A DNA stretch of 64,000 nt from Dehalococcoidia bacterium (GCA_965262725.1 OZ253555.1:2464001-2528000); one strand, 5' to 3'. Shown: positions 40,368 through 50,660, numbered from the stretch's first letter. A program made the numbers and translations. Notes: a model not told the origin generated them from the letters alone.

Positions 40368-40723
40368 GCGGCACGGTCAACGACATCGACTGGTACCGGG
40401 TCGGACTGCAGGTTCGCGCAACCTATCAGTTCGACATGCGCGGCAAGCCGACCGGCGGGTGGCAGCTGGTCGACGGCGTGCCCGCGTACGTCTCCGTGGA
40501 CAGCCTGGAAGCTCCGAAGCTGCTGGGAATCCACGACGCGAGCGGCGTACTGCTCGCGGGCACGGACTCGGAGGTGGCGGGCACGGGCAAGGACAGCCGG
40601 ATCGCGTCGTTCAGCCCCGCCGCGGACGGTGTCTACTTCATCTCCGCCTCGGCCGAGAGCGGCTGGACGGGCACCTACGTACTCTCGCTCACCGTGACGG
40701 CCGGCGAGCACGTCACGACCTGA
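40368..40723 (+). pseudogene. C-terminal remnant of a secreted protein (PPC-like domain)
   Basis: DIDWYRV...GIHDASG...DGVYFISAS...GTYVLSL. No start or signal peptide. Confidence 0.5.
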
Positions 40724-40863
40724 CCTTGCTCGCGCCAGGCGGCCCGACCGCGACCATCGTGGACGGCAGCGGCGGCGCGCTGAGTTGGAACACGCCCGCG
40801 CGGGCCAGGTCCGGCGGATGGATCCCGGTGCCTGCGAGGGCGCGCCGGGCGGCAGCCGTCCGG

Positions 40864-41000
40864 TTACGGCGAGGGCGGACCGTCGCTGGTCGCGAGCAGG
40901 GGCGTGTCGGGGGGAATCCCGTCCGCGAAGAGCGCGCGGAAGGCGCGGTTGACGGTCTCGGGCGCGCCGAGGACGTAGGGAACGGAGGCGCCGTTCTGTG
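40864..41000 (-). pseudogene. Orphan fragment of the surface-protein C-terminal repeat
   Basis: VPYVLGAPETVNRAFRALFADGIPPDTPLL matches the repeats at 14.3-14.8 kb and 17.9-18.4 kb. Confidence 0.75.
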
Positions 41001-41002
41001 TG

Positions 41003-41130
41003 GCGCGAGCGCTGGGCGACGGGCACCACCAGGCGCTGCGCGCCCTCGCCAACCGCCTGGTCGCGTTCCTGCACGGCTGCCTGGGCAAGCGTCGGCCCTA
41101 CGACGAAGAGGCGGCCTGGGGCAGCCTGAA
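41003..41130 (+). pseudogene. IS110-family transposase C-terminal remnant
   Basis: GDGHHQALRALANRLVAFLHGCL...YDEEAAW. Confidence 0.65.
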
Positions 41131-41370
41131 GACTGAGCCTGCCGAGCTCGCCGCCTGACGGAGGTCGTTGAGCGCCTCGGCGGGCCCGGACTCATCCAGA
41201 GTCTGGAGCTCGTCGAGGACGCAACACGGCGCGACGAGTACCTGCGCACCCCGCATCACGGGCGACCGGCAGCGGTCGGCCAGCCACCGCATGTCCGCGA
41301 AGCCGACACGCATCTCACGCCGGCCAGGACGATCCTCTCCGGCGTCGTCGATCTCGGAACACCGCCGCGA

Positions 41371-42408
41371 TCACGGCTCTAGCACGGCGCTCCGGCTGCT
41401 CACGATCTCCTTCGCCTCGCGCACCCGACGCCCCGATCCGCTGCCCGGGTGGGGGCGCCACTTGCGCGTTACGGACATGGGGTGTCTCCCCTCGATCCCG
41501 GCGGCCTTCACGCGGCGTCGGACGATGTCGCTGACGGTGTCCCCGCTCAGCGGCTGACCGCTCCGCGGGGCGGTGGCCACCAGGAAGACGTGCTGCCCGG
41601 GATCGCGCTCTGCGTCCGGGAGGAGGGCGGCGAGCGCCTGGCGCGCGCGCTCGCTGACCAGCCAGAGGTCGACCGTGACGCTCCCGCGGATCTGGGTGTG
41701 GCGCACCGCGATCGCCACGCCGCCGGCCGCGACGTCCCTCCACCGCAGCGCCGCGGCTTCGAACGGCCGCAGCCGGCAGTCGCGCATCACCAGCAGCAGC
41801 GCGCGGTCGCGCCGGCCGATCGCCGTGTCGGGGATCGCCTGAAGCACCTGGTCGAGTCCGGCGGCCGTGAGCGGGTCGCCGCGCCGCGCCGCGCCGCGCC
41901 GCCGGCTCCGCTGCTCGCCGACCAGGCGGAGCACGCTCCCCGCCCGCGTCGGATCGGGGAGTCCGGCGTCGCGGTGCTGCGCGGAGATCGCGCCGGCGTC
42001 GACGTTGACGGTCGAGGGCGTGCGGCCCTGCGCGAGGCGCTCGACCAGGTAGGTGCCGACGTCCTCGGAGGTGGCCGGCAGCGCCTCAGCTCCCCGCTCC
42101 TCGCACCAGGCCCGGAAGCGGCGCCAGGCGGAGCCGTAGGCCTTCCACGTGGCCGGCGTGCGCGCCTCGGCCGCGGTCGCGGTGCCGCGGCCCGCACACT
42201 GGTTGCACACGCGGGCGTCGTCCGGCCGGAGGAGCACGGCGAGACGGAGCGCCTCCGCTTCGCTCGCGTACGGGCCATGCCAGCGGTTGCCGGGACGACG
42301 GCTGTGGCCGCGACCGTTGTTGCAGTGCCGGCAGCTCGCCCTGTGGACGCGCGCGTGCGTGGCGGTATCGTCCTCGTGGACCCACCAGGTCTCGCCCGCC
42401 TCGCTCAT
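41371..42408 (-). pseudogene. Cre-like tyrosine recombinase with N-terminal His/Cys domain, C-terminally truncated
   Basis: TWKAYGSAWRRFRAWC...LPAT core-binding domain and RDRALLLV...LRPFE. HxxR and catalytic Tyr are missing after AAGIEGR. Confidence 0.75.
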
Positions 42409-43134
42409 CGGGTCTCCGGGGAGGGTGCCGCCCGGGGCCCGGCTCCGCGGCCGGATCCCGCACGCCGCGCCGCCATCGGGGCCACGCACGACCGGGCGAC
42501 GGGACGCTCGCGGACTGCTGGACGGGCAGCCCGACGCGAGCGGCACGGCGCCGGAGCCGCTCCCGGGCCTGTTGCCCGGCGAGCCCGCCCACCCCCGCCG
42601 TCCTCCGCCGCCGGGTCGCCCTCGGGGATCGCGGCCGCTTCCTCTCCCTCCCGGGGGCCTCGACGAGTCGAGGGCCACGGCACCGGGCTCGCGGCCGGGC
42701 CGCGCCGGGCGGCCGTGACGGGGCCGTCGCTCGACCGGCCCTCCGCCGGCGCGGGCGCGAAGCCGTCGGCCCCGGCCGCCTGCGGAACCGGCGGCAGGCA
42801 CGCCGGGCGCGCAGTGCCCGTTCGCCGGCGAGTCGGCGTCGTCACCCCCGCGCCGAGCGGCGCCGCCGGCCTCCCACCGTGAGCTCGCGGCATGCCATTC
42901 ACTCCCGCAGCTCCACGCGACGGCGGCGCCGCCGTCGATGCTGTAACGAAGGTTGTCCCAATCGTCGAGGCCGACCACCCATACTACGGGGAAGCTCTCG
43001 GCGAGAATGCCGCCCGAGCCTGCCGCGAAGCAGTCCGCGCTCGCACCACAGCCCGGCACCGCCCCCGCGATCGGCATTCCCGGGCTCCCGAGCCCCTCCG
43101 ACCTGCTGAGCGGACTCGACCCGCGCGAGTGGGC

Positions 43135-43317
43135 GGCCTCGATCGCACGCAGGTCGGCCTTGCCGGCCTTCAACTCGATGACCACCGTGGTCCCGTCGGG
43201 ATCCTCCGCGGTGATGTCGATCTGGCTGGCGTCGACGGTCTTCCCGGTACCGCCGTCCACGAGGGCCGGAGCGACCGGCCGAGCTACGGTCGCCGTGGCC
43301 CTGGTCGCGTAGGGCAT
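43135..43317 (-). pseudogene. NucS-like endonuclease fragment
   Basis: IDITAEDPDGTTVVIELKAGKAD (PD-ExK core), then breaks off. Confidence 0.55.
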
Positions 43318-43346
43318 CGTGCCGATGCTCTACCTCTGACCATCCG

Positions 43347-44126
43347 TCAGGATCGCGGCCGTTCGTCGAGCAGCGGCGCGACCAGCGCCCGCAGCGCCTC
43401 CGAGGGTTCGCGCCCGCGCGCCACCGCGATGTGCCGCTCGAGCGCGTGGTAGACGCGCAGCGCCTGGTCGTCGTTCCCGTCGTCGAGGTGGATCCCGATC
43501 AGCACGCCGGCGGCGCTCTGGTGCAGGGGCTCGCTGTCCCATGTCCGCTGGGCGACGGCCAGCGCCTCGTCCACATCGCCGCGCGAGGCGAGCCGGCGCG
43601 CGTATCCGTCCAGGGCGCGCAGGAACCGGTCCCTGAACCCCGTGCGGGCGCGATCGGCCCACTCGTCGTCCCAGCCGGCCAGCGGCTCCAGCATGAGGAT
43701 CTCGAGGCGAGCGTCCCCGGGCAGGGGCTGCGAGGGATCCGCGATGCGGGCCGCCAGCGCCTCCGCCTCCCGCACGTCGACCGTCACGTGGGGGTGAAGG
43801 CGCAGCGTGTCGCCGTCCGTTTCGACGAGCGGCAGGCGCGTGGCCCGCAGGCGGGTGAGCGCCTTGCGCAGGCTCGCCCGTGCGCTCGCGGTCTCCAGGA
43901 GGGGGGTGAGCCGGCGGGCGGCGTCGCTCCTGTGCAGGCCGTGCGGGTTGAGGGCGAGCAGGGCGACGAGGCGCCGGGCGCCCTTCGGCAGTTCGCATTC
44001 GACGCCGTCCGCGGTGACCGCGGACGTGCCGAGCAGGGAGACGCGGAGCTCCCGGGGAACGCGCACCCGCCCGCCGGTCCGCCGGACCCGCGGGCGGGTT
44101 CCTCCGGCAGGGTCATCGACGCGCAT
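43347..44126 (-). CDS. SARP/BTAD-family regulator divergent from tad operon
   Basis: LRVSLLG, VTVD, LAGWDDEW, EPLHQSA, GREPS. Paralogous to 39286..40320. Confidence 0.8.
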   Translation of the reverse strand: MRVDDPAGGTRPRVRRTGGRVRVPRELRVSLLGTSAVTADGVECELPKGARRLVALLALNPHGLHRSDAARRLTPLLETASARASLRKALTRLRATRLPLVETDGDTLRLHPHVTVDVREAEALAARIADPSQPLPGDARLEILMLEPLAGWDDEWADRARTGFRDRFLRALDGYARRLASRGDVDEALAVAQRTWDSEPLHQSAAGVLIGIHLDDGNDDQALRVYHALERHIAVARGREPSEALRALVAPLLDERPRS

Positions 44127-44326
44127 CAGACTCCTCCGTTCCTCCCTCCCCGCCCCGATCCACCGGTCCTGGACGCACGGATCGTGCATGGCGCCGGATC
44201 GGACCGTTCCAATCTGCGATCCCTTTTTCCGGCCCGTATTGAACCTGTGCCGGGGCCATGGCGTGCGCGATGGGGGCGCCGGTGGGCCCATATCCGTCCC
44301 CGGGGCGCGGATCTGCCGCGCAAATG

Positions 44327-44351
44327 GGAACGGTGCCCGTCGTAGGGTGTT
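44327..44351 (+). promoter_or_regulatory. Putative ECF-sigma promoter of tad operon
   Basis: GGAAC-N17-GTT, ~80 bp before the first tad gene. Confidence 0.4.
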
Positions 44352-44432
44352 GGCCGTTTCGCCGAGCGCCGGCGCCCAGGTCGAGTGGCTTCGGAGCGGC
44401 GCCGGGTCGGCGAGACGGGCGGGGGCGGGGCG

Positions 44433-45155
44433 ATGGCGGCCGAGAGCACGGAGCAACGCGGACGAGCGGTGGCGCTGCCCCGCGTCGACATGCGTCTTTT
44501 GGCCGGCCTCGCCCTCGTCGCCGTCTCCGTGGTGGGCGGCCTGACGCTGTGGAGCGCGGCGCGGACCACGACCGTGGTGGTGGTGGCCGCCCGCGACATC
44601 GGCTCCGGCGCCGTCATCGAACCGGACGACCTGGCGCTGGCCGAGGCGCGGCTCGAGGAGCCGCTCGCCGCGCTCGTCCTTCCCGAGGCGGAGCTGGCTG
44701 CAGCCGTCGGCCGCACGGCGACCGGCGCGATCCATGCCGGCGAGCTCGTGGTGCGTCCCGACCTGGGGAGCGGCCCGGTGATCGGTCCGGGCGAGCTCGC
44801 CGTGACGATCCCGGTCGAAGACGACGCCGTCTTCGGGCGGCTGCGCCGCGGCGCCGTGGTGACGGTGATGGCGACGAGCGATGCGGGCCAGCCGGAGAGC
44901 CGGACGGTGGCGCTCCTGGAGCGGGCGGTGGTCTACGCGGTGGCGCTGGAGTCGACGCGGGTCTCCCTCGGCGGGTCGGGCGACGCCTCAGAGGACGGCC
45001 GCCCCGCCAACGTGACTCTGGTGATCCGGCGCGAGCGGGCGGAAGCGGTCGCGCACGCCCTGGTCAACGCCGAGCTGACGCTGCTGCTGCTTCAGCCGGA
45101 GCCCGCCTCCGGGCCCGCCGCCCGGCCCGCAGGGGGTGAGGGAGGCCGTCCGTGA
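44433..45155 (+). CDS. cpaB: SAF-domain Flp pilus assembly protein (CpaB/RcpC-like)
   Basis: TM helix, VVVAARDIGSGAVI SAF motif, first gene of the tad cluster. Confidence 0.8.
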   Translation: MAAESTEQRGRAVALPRVDMRLLAGLALVAVSVVGGLTLWSAARTTTVVVVAARDIGSGAVIEPDDLALAEARLEEPLAALVLPEAELAAAVGRTATGAIHAGELVVRPDLGSGPVIGPGELAVTIPVEDDAVFGRLRRGAVVTVMATSDAGQPESRTVALLERAVVYAVALESTRVSLGGSGDASEDGRPANVTLVIRRERAEAVAHALVNAELTLLLLQPEPASGPAARPAGGEGGRP

Positions 45156-46381
45156 CGATTGCGAGCGACCCGCGGGTGCTGCTCGCGGCCGGAAGCCGCG
45201 AGCTGGAGCGCCGGCTGACCAGGGAGCTGGCCGCGGCCGGCCTCGTCGTCGGCGGGCGCTGCCTGGACGGGCCGAGCCTGCTGGAGCGGGCGTCTGAGCC
45301 CGGCTTCGATGTCGTGCTGGCGGCGGCGGAGCTGCACCGGCTCTCGGACGGCGTGCTCGCCGCGCTGCGCGAGCGTGGGCTGCCGGTGGTGCTGCTGGCG
45401 GCGGACTCAGGCGACGCGGCGAGGCTCTCCGGGCTGGCGCGCGTGCTGCCCGCCTCCACGCCCGGCCCGGTCGTCGCGGCCGCCCTGCGGCAGGCCGCGG
45501 CGTCCGGCGCGCGGCCTGCGGGCCCCGTGGACGCCGCCGGCTCAGCCGGCGGCGCGGACGCCCCGCCCGCCGCGCTCCCTCCCGCGGCGGTGCGGGACGT
45601 CCCGTCCCCTCACGCGCGGAGCCACGGCCGCGTGGTGGCGGTCACCAGCGGCAAGGGCGCGCCGGGGAAGACGACGATCGCCATAGCGCTGGCGGCGCTG
45701 CTGGGGGAGCACGGCGCGGGCGTCGTGCTGCTGGACGCGGACCTCCGCGGCGGCAACGTCGCGCCCTACCTGGATCTCGACCCCCGGCGCGGGCTGGTGG
45801 GACTGGCGGCGGCGGGCGGGCGGCTCGACCGCGAGCTGCAGGAGGGGCCGGGCTGCTCGGTGCTCGCCGGCGTGGAGCGCCCCGAGCTCGCGGCGGGGCT
45901 GGCGGGCGGGGCGCTGAGCGGCGTGATCTCCGCGCTGCGCGAGCGCTTCGAGACGGTGGTGGTGGACCTCGGCGCGCCGCCTGATGCGGGGCTGCTGCGG
46001 GCGGCCGACGAGTTGCTGCTGGTGACGGGCCCCGACCTGGTCTCGATCTGGAACGCGCGCACCGCGCTCCCCGCGATCCGGGAGGAGTCGGGCTCCGCGA
46101 TGCCCCGCGCGGTCGTGAACCGCCGCGAGGGCCGGGAGCACTACCCCGCCGGCGAGGTCGGGCGGGCGCTCGGCATGGCGGTCCTGGGCGTGGTGCGGGA
46201 GGAGCGCGAGAGCGCGCGCCGGGCGGTGTCGAGGCAGATCCCGCTCTCCGCCGCGGGCGGGAAGGTGACGCTCGACCTCCGCGCGCTCGCAGGGGCGCTC
46301 ACCCCCGCGGCAGCGGCGGCGCCCGCCGAGGCGCTCCAGGGCGCCGACTGGCTGACGTTCGGTCTGGCCGAGGGGTACTGA
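45152..46381 (+). CDS. cpaE: CpaE/TadZ-like ParA/MinD ATPase with receiver-like N-terminus
   Basis: SGKGAPGKTT, LLDAD, VVDLG. Confidence 0.8.
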   Translation: MTIASDPRVLLAAGSRELERRLTRELAAAGLVVGGRCLDGPSLLERASEPGFDVVLAAAELHRLSDGVLAALRERGLPVVLLAADSGDAARLSGLARVLPASTPGPVVAAALRQAAASGARPAGPVDAAGSAGGADAPPAALPPAAVRDVPSPHARSHGRVVAVTSGKGAPGKTTIAIALAALLGEHGAGVVLLDADLRGGNVAPYLDLDPRRGLVGLAAAGGRLDRELQEGPGCSVLAGVERPELAAGLAGGALSGVISALRERFETVVVDLGAPPDAGLLRAADELLLVTGPDLVSIWNARTALPAIREESGSAMPRAVVNRREGREHYPAGEVGRALGMAVLGVVREERESARRAVSRQIPLSAAGGKVTLDLRALAGALTPAAAAAPAEALQGADWLTFGLAEGY

Positions 46382-46382
46382 G

Positions 46383-47654
46383 ATGGTGGCGCCGGCCGTC
46401 GGGGGCGAGCGCGAGCGCGCGATCCGGAGCGAGGTGCGGGACGAGCTCCGGACGCTGCTCGACGCCGAGGCGCTGCTTCAGCCGGGACCGGCGGAGCATG
46501 AGCAGGTGGAGCGGCTCGTCTCCGAGCGCATCGCGGCCTGGAGCCGGCGCTCGGCGACGCTCGGCGAGCCGGCGCTGGCGGAGCCGGAGCGGCTCGCGCG
46601 CCGCATCCTCGACGACCTGCTCGGCCTCGGGCCGCTGCAGCCCCTGCTGGATGACCCCGAGGTCGAGGAGATCATCGTCAACGGCCCGCAGCGCATCTTC
46701 GCCATAGCGGGCGGCAGCAAGCGGCTGACCGACGTGGTGTTCGAGGACGACGAGCAGCTGCTGGGACTGCTGCGCCGCGCGCTCGGCCCGCTCGGGCGGC
46801 GTCTGGACGAGACCTCCCCGATGGTCGACGCCCGCCTCGCCGACGGCTCGCGGCTCAACGCCGTGATGCCCCCGCTCGCCTCCGGCGGCACGCACGCCAC
46901 GATCCGCAAGTTCCTGCTGCGGGCGCGCACGATCGCCGACCTCGTCCGGCTCGAGGCGCTCACGCCCGAGGCCGCCGCGTTCCTGGAGGCGGCGGTGCGC
47001 TGCGGCCTGAACATGCTGATCGCCGGGGGCACGGGCTCGGGCAAGACGACCTGCCTGAACGCGCTCGGGTCGTCGGTCTCCGGGCTCACGGAGCGCGTCG
47101 TCACCATCGAGGAGACGGCGGAGCTCCAGCTCGAGCCGGTGCTGCCGGACTGCGTGGCGCTGCAGGCGCGCCAGCCCAACGCCGAGGGCGCCGGCGGCGT
47201 CCCGATCCGCGCGCTGGTCAAGAACGCGCTGCGCATGCGTCCGACGCGGATCGTGGTGGGCGAGGTGCGCGGCGCCGAGGCGCTGGACATGCTCACCGCC
47301 ATGAACTCGGGCCACGACGGCTCGATGTGCACGATCCACGCCAACGGTCCGCGCGAGGCGCTGACCAAGCTCCGCACCTACGCGCTGATGGCGGAGGAGG
47401 CGATCCCGGCGCAGGCCGTCACCGAGATGATCGCCGAGGCCATACAGCTCGTCGTGCACCTGCGCATGGACCCCTCGGGCCGGCGCCTCGTCTCGAGCAT
47501 CTACGAGGTCACGGGCCTGGAGGGCGACCAGGTCGCCGGGAGCGAGCTCTTCGCGCTGGGGGCCGGCCGGCTCGAGTGGACCGGCATCCGCCCCCGGCGG
47601 GCGGCGCGGCTGCTTGAGGCCGGCTACCCCGGACCCGGCGCGAGCGGTTCGTGA
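46383..47654 (+). CDS. cpaF: CpaF/TadA secretion ATPase
   Basis: GLGPLQPLL, GGTGSGKTT, IEETAEL, LRMRPTRIVVGEVRG, TIHAN. Confidence 0.95.
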   Translation: MVAPAVGGERERAIRSEVRDELRTLLDAEALLQPGPAEHEQVERLVSERIAAWSRRSATLGEPALAEPERLARRILDDLLGLGPLQPLLDDPEVEEIIVNGPQRIFAIAGGSKRLTDVVFEDDEQLLGLLRRALGPLGRRLDETSPMVDARLADGSRLNAVMPPLASGGTHATIRKFLLRARTIADLVRLEALTPEAAAFLEAAVRCGLNMLIAGGTGSGKTTCLNALGSSVSGLTERVVTIEETAELQLEPVLPDCVALQARQPNAEGAGGVPIRALVKNALRMRPTRIVVGEVRGAEALDMLTAMNSGHDGSMCTIHANGPREALTKLRTYALMAEEAIPAQAVTEMIAEAIQLVVHLRMDPSGRRLVSSIYEVTGLEGDQVAGSELFALGAGRLEWTGIRPRRAARLLEAGYPGPGASGS

Positions 47655-47784
47655 TGCGCATTCCCTCTGGTGTCGGCCCGGGCGCACGGCTGTGCCGGCC
47701 GCGGCCCGTTCGGACCACGCACGGGCCGTTGGCCGTCCGTCGCCGAGGGGGTGCTCACCACGTTCCGGGTGAGAGGAGCCTCCC

Positions 47785-48663
47785 GTGCACGTCGTGCTGA
47801 GCCTGGGCTTCGGGCTCGGCCTCTACCTCATATTCCGCTGGCTCGCGGGCGGGCGGCCCGAGGTGCGCCCCGACGAGGATCCCAGCGAGCGGCCCGCGGG
47901 GCGTGCGGGCTGGATCGCGCGGCGCCTCGCCTCGCCCGGCGCGGACGGGGTGGGCCTCCGCGAGCTGGCGCCGGCGAGTGCCGCCGCGGGTGCTGCGAGC
48001 GCGCTCCTCGCCCAGCTCTTCTTCGGCTGGCCGGTGGTGACGCTCGCGGCCGCGGGCGCCGGGCTGCTGCTCCCCACCTGGTACTACCGGCAGCGCGCCC
48101 AGAGGCGTCGCGCCGAGATCGAGGAGGCGGTCGGCGAGGCGGTCGAGACGCTGCGCGACGCCGTCCGCATCGGGCTCGGCGTCGAGGAGGCGCTGCGCGC
48201 GCTCGCCGTCACCGGCCCCGCCGCGCTGCGGCCGGTCTTCTCGGGGATCGAGCGCGACCTCCGGCTGGCCGGCTTCGAGGAGGCGCTGGAGCGGGCGCGC
48301 GAGCGGCTTCAGGAGCCGCTCTTCGACACGCTGGCGGTGGCGCTGCTCACCGCCTACCGCATCGGCGGCCGCAACCTGGCGGCGGTGCTCGACGGGCTCA
48401 GCGCCTCGGTGCGCGGCAGCGTGCAGGTGCGCCGCGAGGTGCGGGCCAACCAGGCCCAGAACGTGCTCTCGGCGCGGGTGATCGCGGCGCTGCCGCTGCT
48501 GCTGATCCTGGTCATCCGCGGCTCCAACCCGAACTACCTGGCCGCCTTCTCGCAGCCCGTGGGGCAGGCGGTGCTCGCCTGCTGCCTGCTGAGCATCACC
48601 GTCGGCTACACGGTGATGCTCCGGCAGGCGGCGCTGCCGGCCCAGGAGCGGGTGCTGAGGTGA
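47785..48663 (+). CDS. tadB: TadB (T2SSF-family) membrane protein
   Basis: TM pattern, GGRNLAAVLD, position after tadA. Confidence 0.85.
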   Translation: MHVVLSLGFGLGLYLIFRWLAGGRPEVRPDEDPSERPAGRAGWIARRLASPGADGVGLRELAPASAAAGAASALLAQLFFGWPVVTLAAAGAGLLLPTWYYRQRAQRRRAEIEEAVGEAVETLRDAVRIGLGVEEALRALAVTGPAALRPVFSGIERDLRLAGFEEALERARERLQEPLFDTLAVALLTAYRIGGRNLAAVLDGLSASVRGSVQVRREVRANQAQNVLSARVIAALPLLLILVIRGSNPNYLAAFSQPVGQAVLACCLLSITVGYTVMLRQAALPAQERVLR

Positions 48664-49604
48664 CGGCCGCGCTCGCCCTCAGCTGCGCGCTCGGCGCCGG
48701 GCTCTGGCTGATGCTGATGGGGCAGCCCGTGGGGCGGCCTCGCCCCGAGCTCTCGGCCCGGCTCCGGCGGCTCTCGGTGCAGGAGCGGATGGCCCAGGAG
48801 GAGCGCGCCGGGAGCCCCGGCGCGCCGATGTTCCGCTGGGCGCTGCTGGAGCGGCTGCTGCGGCCGCTGCTGGAGGACGCCGGCGGCGCGGCCTCGGGGC
48901 TGCTGCGGCGCCTCGGCCTCGAGGCCGGGGACCTGGACTCACGGCTTGCGCTCGGCTGGCCGGGGATGAGCGCTCCGCAGTTCCGCGGGCAGCAGCTCGC
49001 AACCGGCGCCGTCGCCGCGCTCGTCCTCCCCGCCATGAACGTCCTGGGCGTGCACCCCTTCGGGGCGTGGCCGGTGTGGCTGTGGGTGGGGGCGTTCGCC
49101 GCCGGCTTCGCCGCCCCGAGCTGGCAGCTCGCGGGCCGGCTCACGAGAAGGCGCCGCGCGATCCACGCCGAGCTGCCGGTGGCGCTCGACCTCTTCGTGA
49201 TCGCGGCGTCAGCGGGACTCTCCCCGGAGCAGGCGCTGGTCGAGGCGGGCCGTCAGCTGGACGGCGTGCTGGGGGAGGCGCTGCGCGAGGTGGTGCGCGA
49301 GGCCGGGCTCGGCACGGTCGAGGGCGCCGAGGGGCTGCAGCTACTCGCCGACCGCGAGGGCATCGCCGAGCTGCGCTCGCTCGCCGGCGCCTGGCAGCTC
49401 TCGCACACGCAGGGCCTGCCGCTGGCGCCGGCGATCCTCTCGCTCGCGGAGACCGTGCGCGACCGCAGAAGGGCGCAGCTGCTGGAGGAGGGCGGCAAGG
49501 CGGCCGTCCGGATGCTGTTCCCGGTCACGATTTTCATCTTCCCGGTGTTCCTGGTCGTCCTGCTCTATCCCGCCGGGGTGGAGCTGCTCGGCCTGGGCAA
49601 GTGA
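48660..49604 (+). CDS. tadC: TadC (T2SSF-family) membrane protein
   Basis: ELPVALDLF...AGLS...KAAVRMLFP. GTG overlaps the tadB stop. Confidence 0.85.
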   Translation: MTAALALSCALGAGLWLMLMGQPVGRPRPELSARLRRLSVQERMAQEERAGSPGAPMFRWALLERLLRPLLEDAGGAASGLLRRLGLEAGDLDSRLALGWPGMSAPQFRGQQLATGAVAALVLPAMNVLGVHPFGAWPVWLWVGAFAAGFAAPSWQLAGRLTRRRRAIHAELPVALDLFVIAASAGLSPEQALVEAGRQLDGVLGEALREVVREAGLGTVEGAEGLQLLADREGIAELRSLAGAWQLSHTQGLPLAPAILSLAETVRDRRRAQLLEEGGKAAVRMLFPVTIFIFPVFLVVLLYPAGVELLGLGK

Positions 49605-49632
49605 GACGGCTGGTCATGGACCGGAAGGGGGT

Positions 49633-49821
49633 GTGGTGATGCTGACGAGGATCCATGGGGTGGTGCGGAGGCTGCACGAGGACGAGCGCGGTGCGGCGAT
49701 GGTCGAGTACGCGATCGTCACCGCCGTGATCGCGGTCGTGGCGCTGACCGCGGCGCAGGCGATCGGGACCAGCGTGGTCGGCGTGTTCGAGGACATCGCC
49801 GACGCGCTGGACGGGATCTAG
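49633..49821 (+). CDS. flp: Flp family type IVb pilin
   Basis: DERG^AAMVEYAIV Flp motif. Confidence 0.92.
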   Translation: MVMLTRIHGVVRRLHEDERGAAMVEYAIVTAVIAVVALTAAQAIGTSVVGVFEDIADALDGI

Positions 49822-49831
49822 GCCGGTCCGC

Positions 49832-50218
49832 GTGCACGAAGGCGAGTCGGGGCAGAGCACGCTCGAGCTGGCGCTCGTGCTGCCGGCGCTCCTGGTCGTG
49901 CTGGTGGGCGCGGTGCAGTTCGCGCTCATCCAGCACGCCCGGAACGTCGCCGATACCGCGGCCGCGGAGGGCGCGCGGCTCGGCGCCGCCGAGGGTCACA
50001 CGCTGCTCGAGGGCGCGGAACGCACGCGGGAGGTGCTGGCGTCCGGGCTCGGTGCGACCGGTGCGGCCTTCTCCGTCCGGGCGGAGGACCGGGGCGGGAC
50101 GGTGGTGACCGAGGCGAGCGGGCAGTACCGGCTCTTCATTCCGTGGGTGAGCGACCTCGCCGTCGCGATCGAGTCGCGCTCCGAGGTCCGCAAGGAGGGA
50201 CTGCGCAGTGGTCCGTAG
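49832..50218 (+). CDS. tadE: TadE-like pseudopilin
   Basis: ESG^QSTLELALVLP...AAAEGAR. Confidence 0.88.
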   Translation: MHEGESGQSTLELALVLPALLVVLVGAVQFALIQHARNVADTAAAEGARLGAAEGHTLLEGAERTREVLASGLGATGAAFSVRAEDRGGTVVTEASGQYRLFIPWVSDLAVAIESRSEVRKEGLRSGP

Positions 50219-50660
50219 AGCGTGTCGGGCGCTGCTCCGGCCGGCCGCCGGCGAATCCGGCGGCGTGCTGATCGAGGCGGCGCTGGTGATCCCGGTGGTG
50301 CTGGTGGCCTGCTTCGGGGTGGTGATGGCGGGGCGCATCGTCCACGCGCAGATCGGCGTGGCGGCCGTGGCGCGCGAGGCGGGGCGCACGCTCGCCCAGG
50401 CGCCGTCCGCTCAGGACGGGCTCGCCCGCGCCCGCTCGCGCGCGCTGGCCGTGGCGGACGGGCACGGGCTGGCGGCGGATGCTCTTCAGCTTGTGCTGGA
50501 GGCAGGGGCCTTCCGCCGCGGCGGCACGGTGCGCGCCATCGCCTCCTACCGCGTCGCGCTCGGCGACCTGCCGATGCTCGGCCGGCTCGGGGTGACGGTT
50601 CGGAGTGCGCACGCGGAGCGCGTCGAGCTCTACCGCAGCCGGGCGGCGGTGCGGCCGTGA
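50208..50660 (+). CDS. TadE/TadF-like pseudopilin
   Basis: ESG^GVLIEAALVIP...VAREAGR. Confidence 0.85.
   Translation: MVRRACRALLRPAAGESGGVLIEAALVIPVVLVACFGVVMAGRIVHAQIGVAAVAREAGRTLAQAPSAQDGLARARSRALAVADGHGLAADALQLVLEAGAFRRGGTVRAIASYRVALGDLPMLGRLGVTVRSAHAERVELYRSRAAVRP

Noticed and set aside
41371-43317. 648-aa nuclease-recombinase fusion
   Set aside because: The middle ~240 codons are low-complexity GC-rich read-through. It is better explained as a NucS-like scrap plus a separate gene from ATG 42408.
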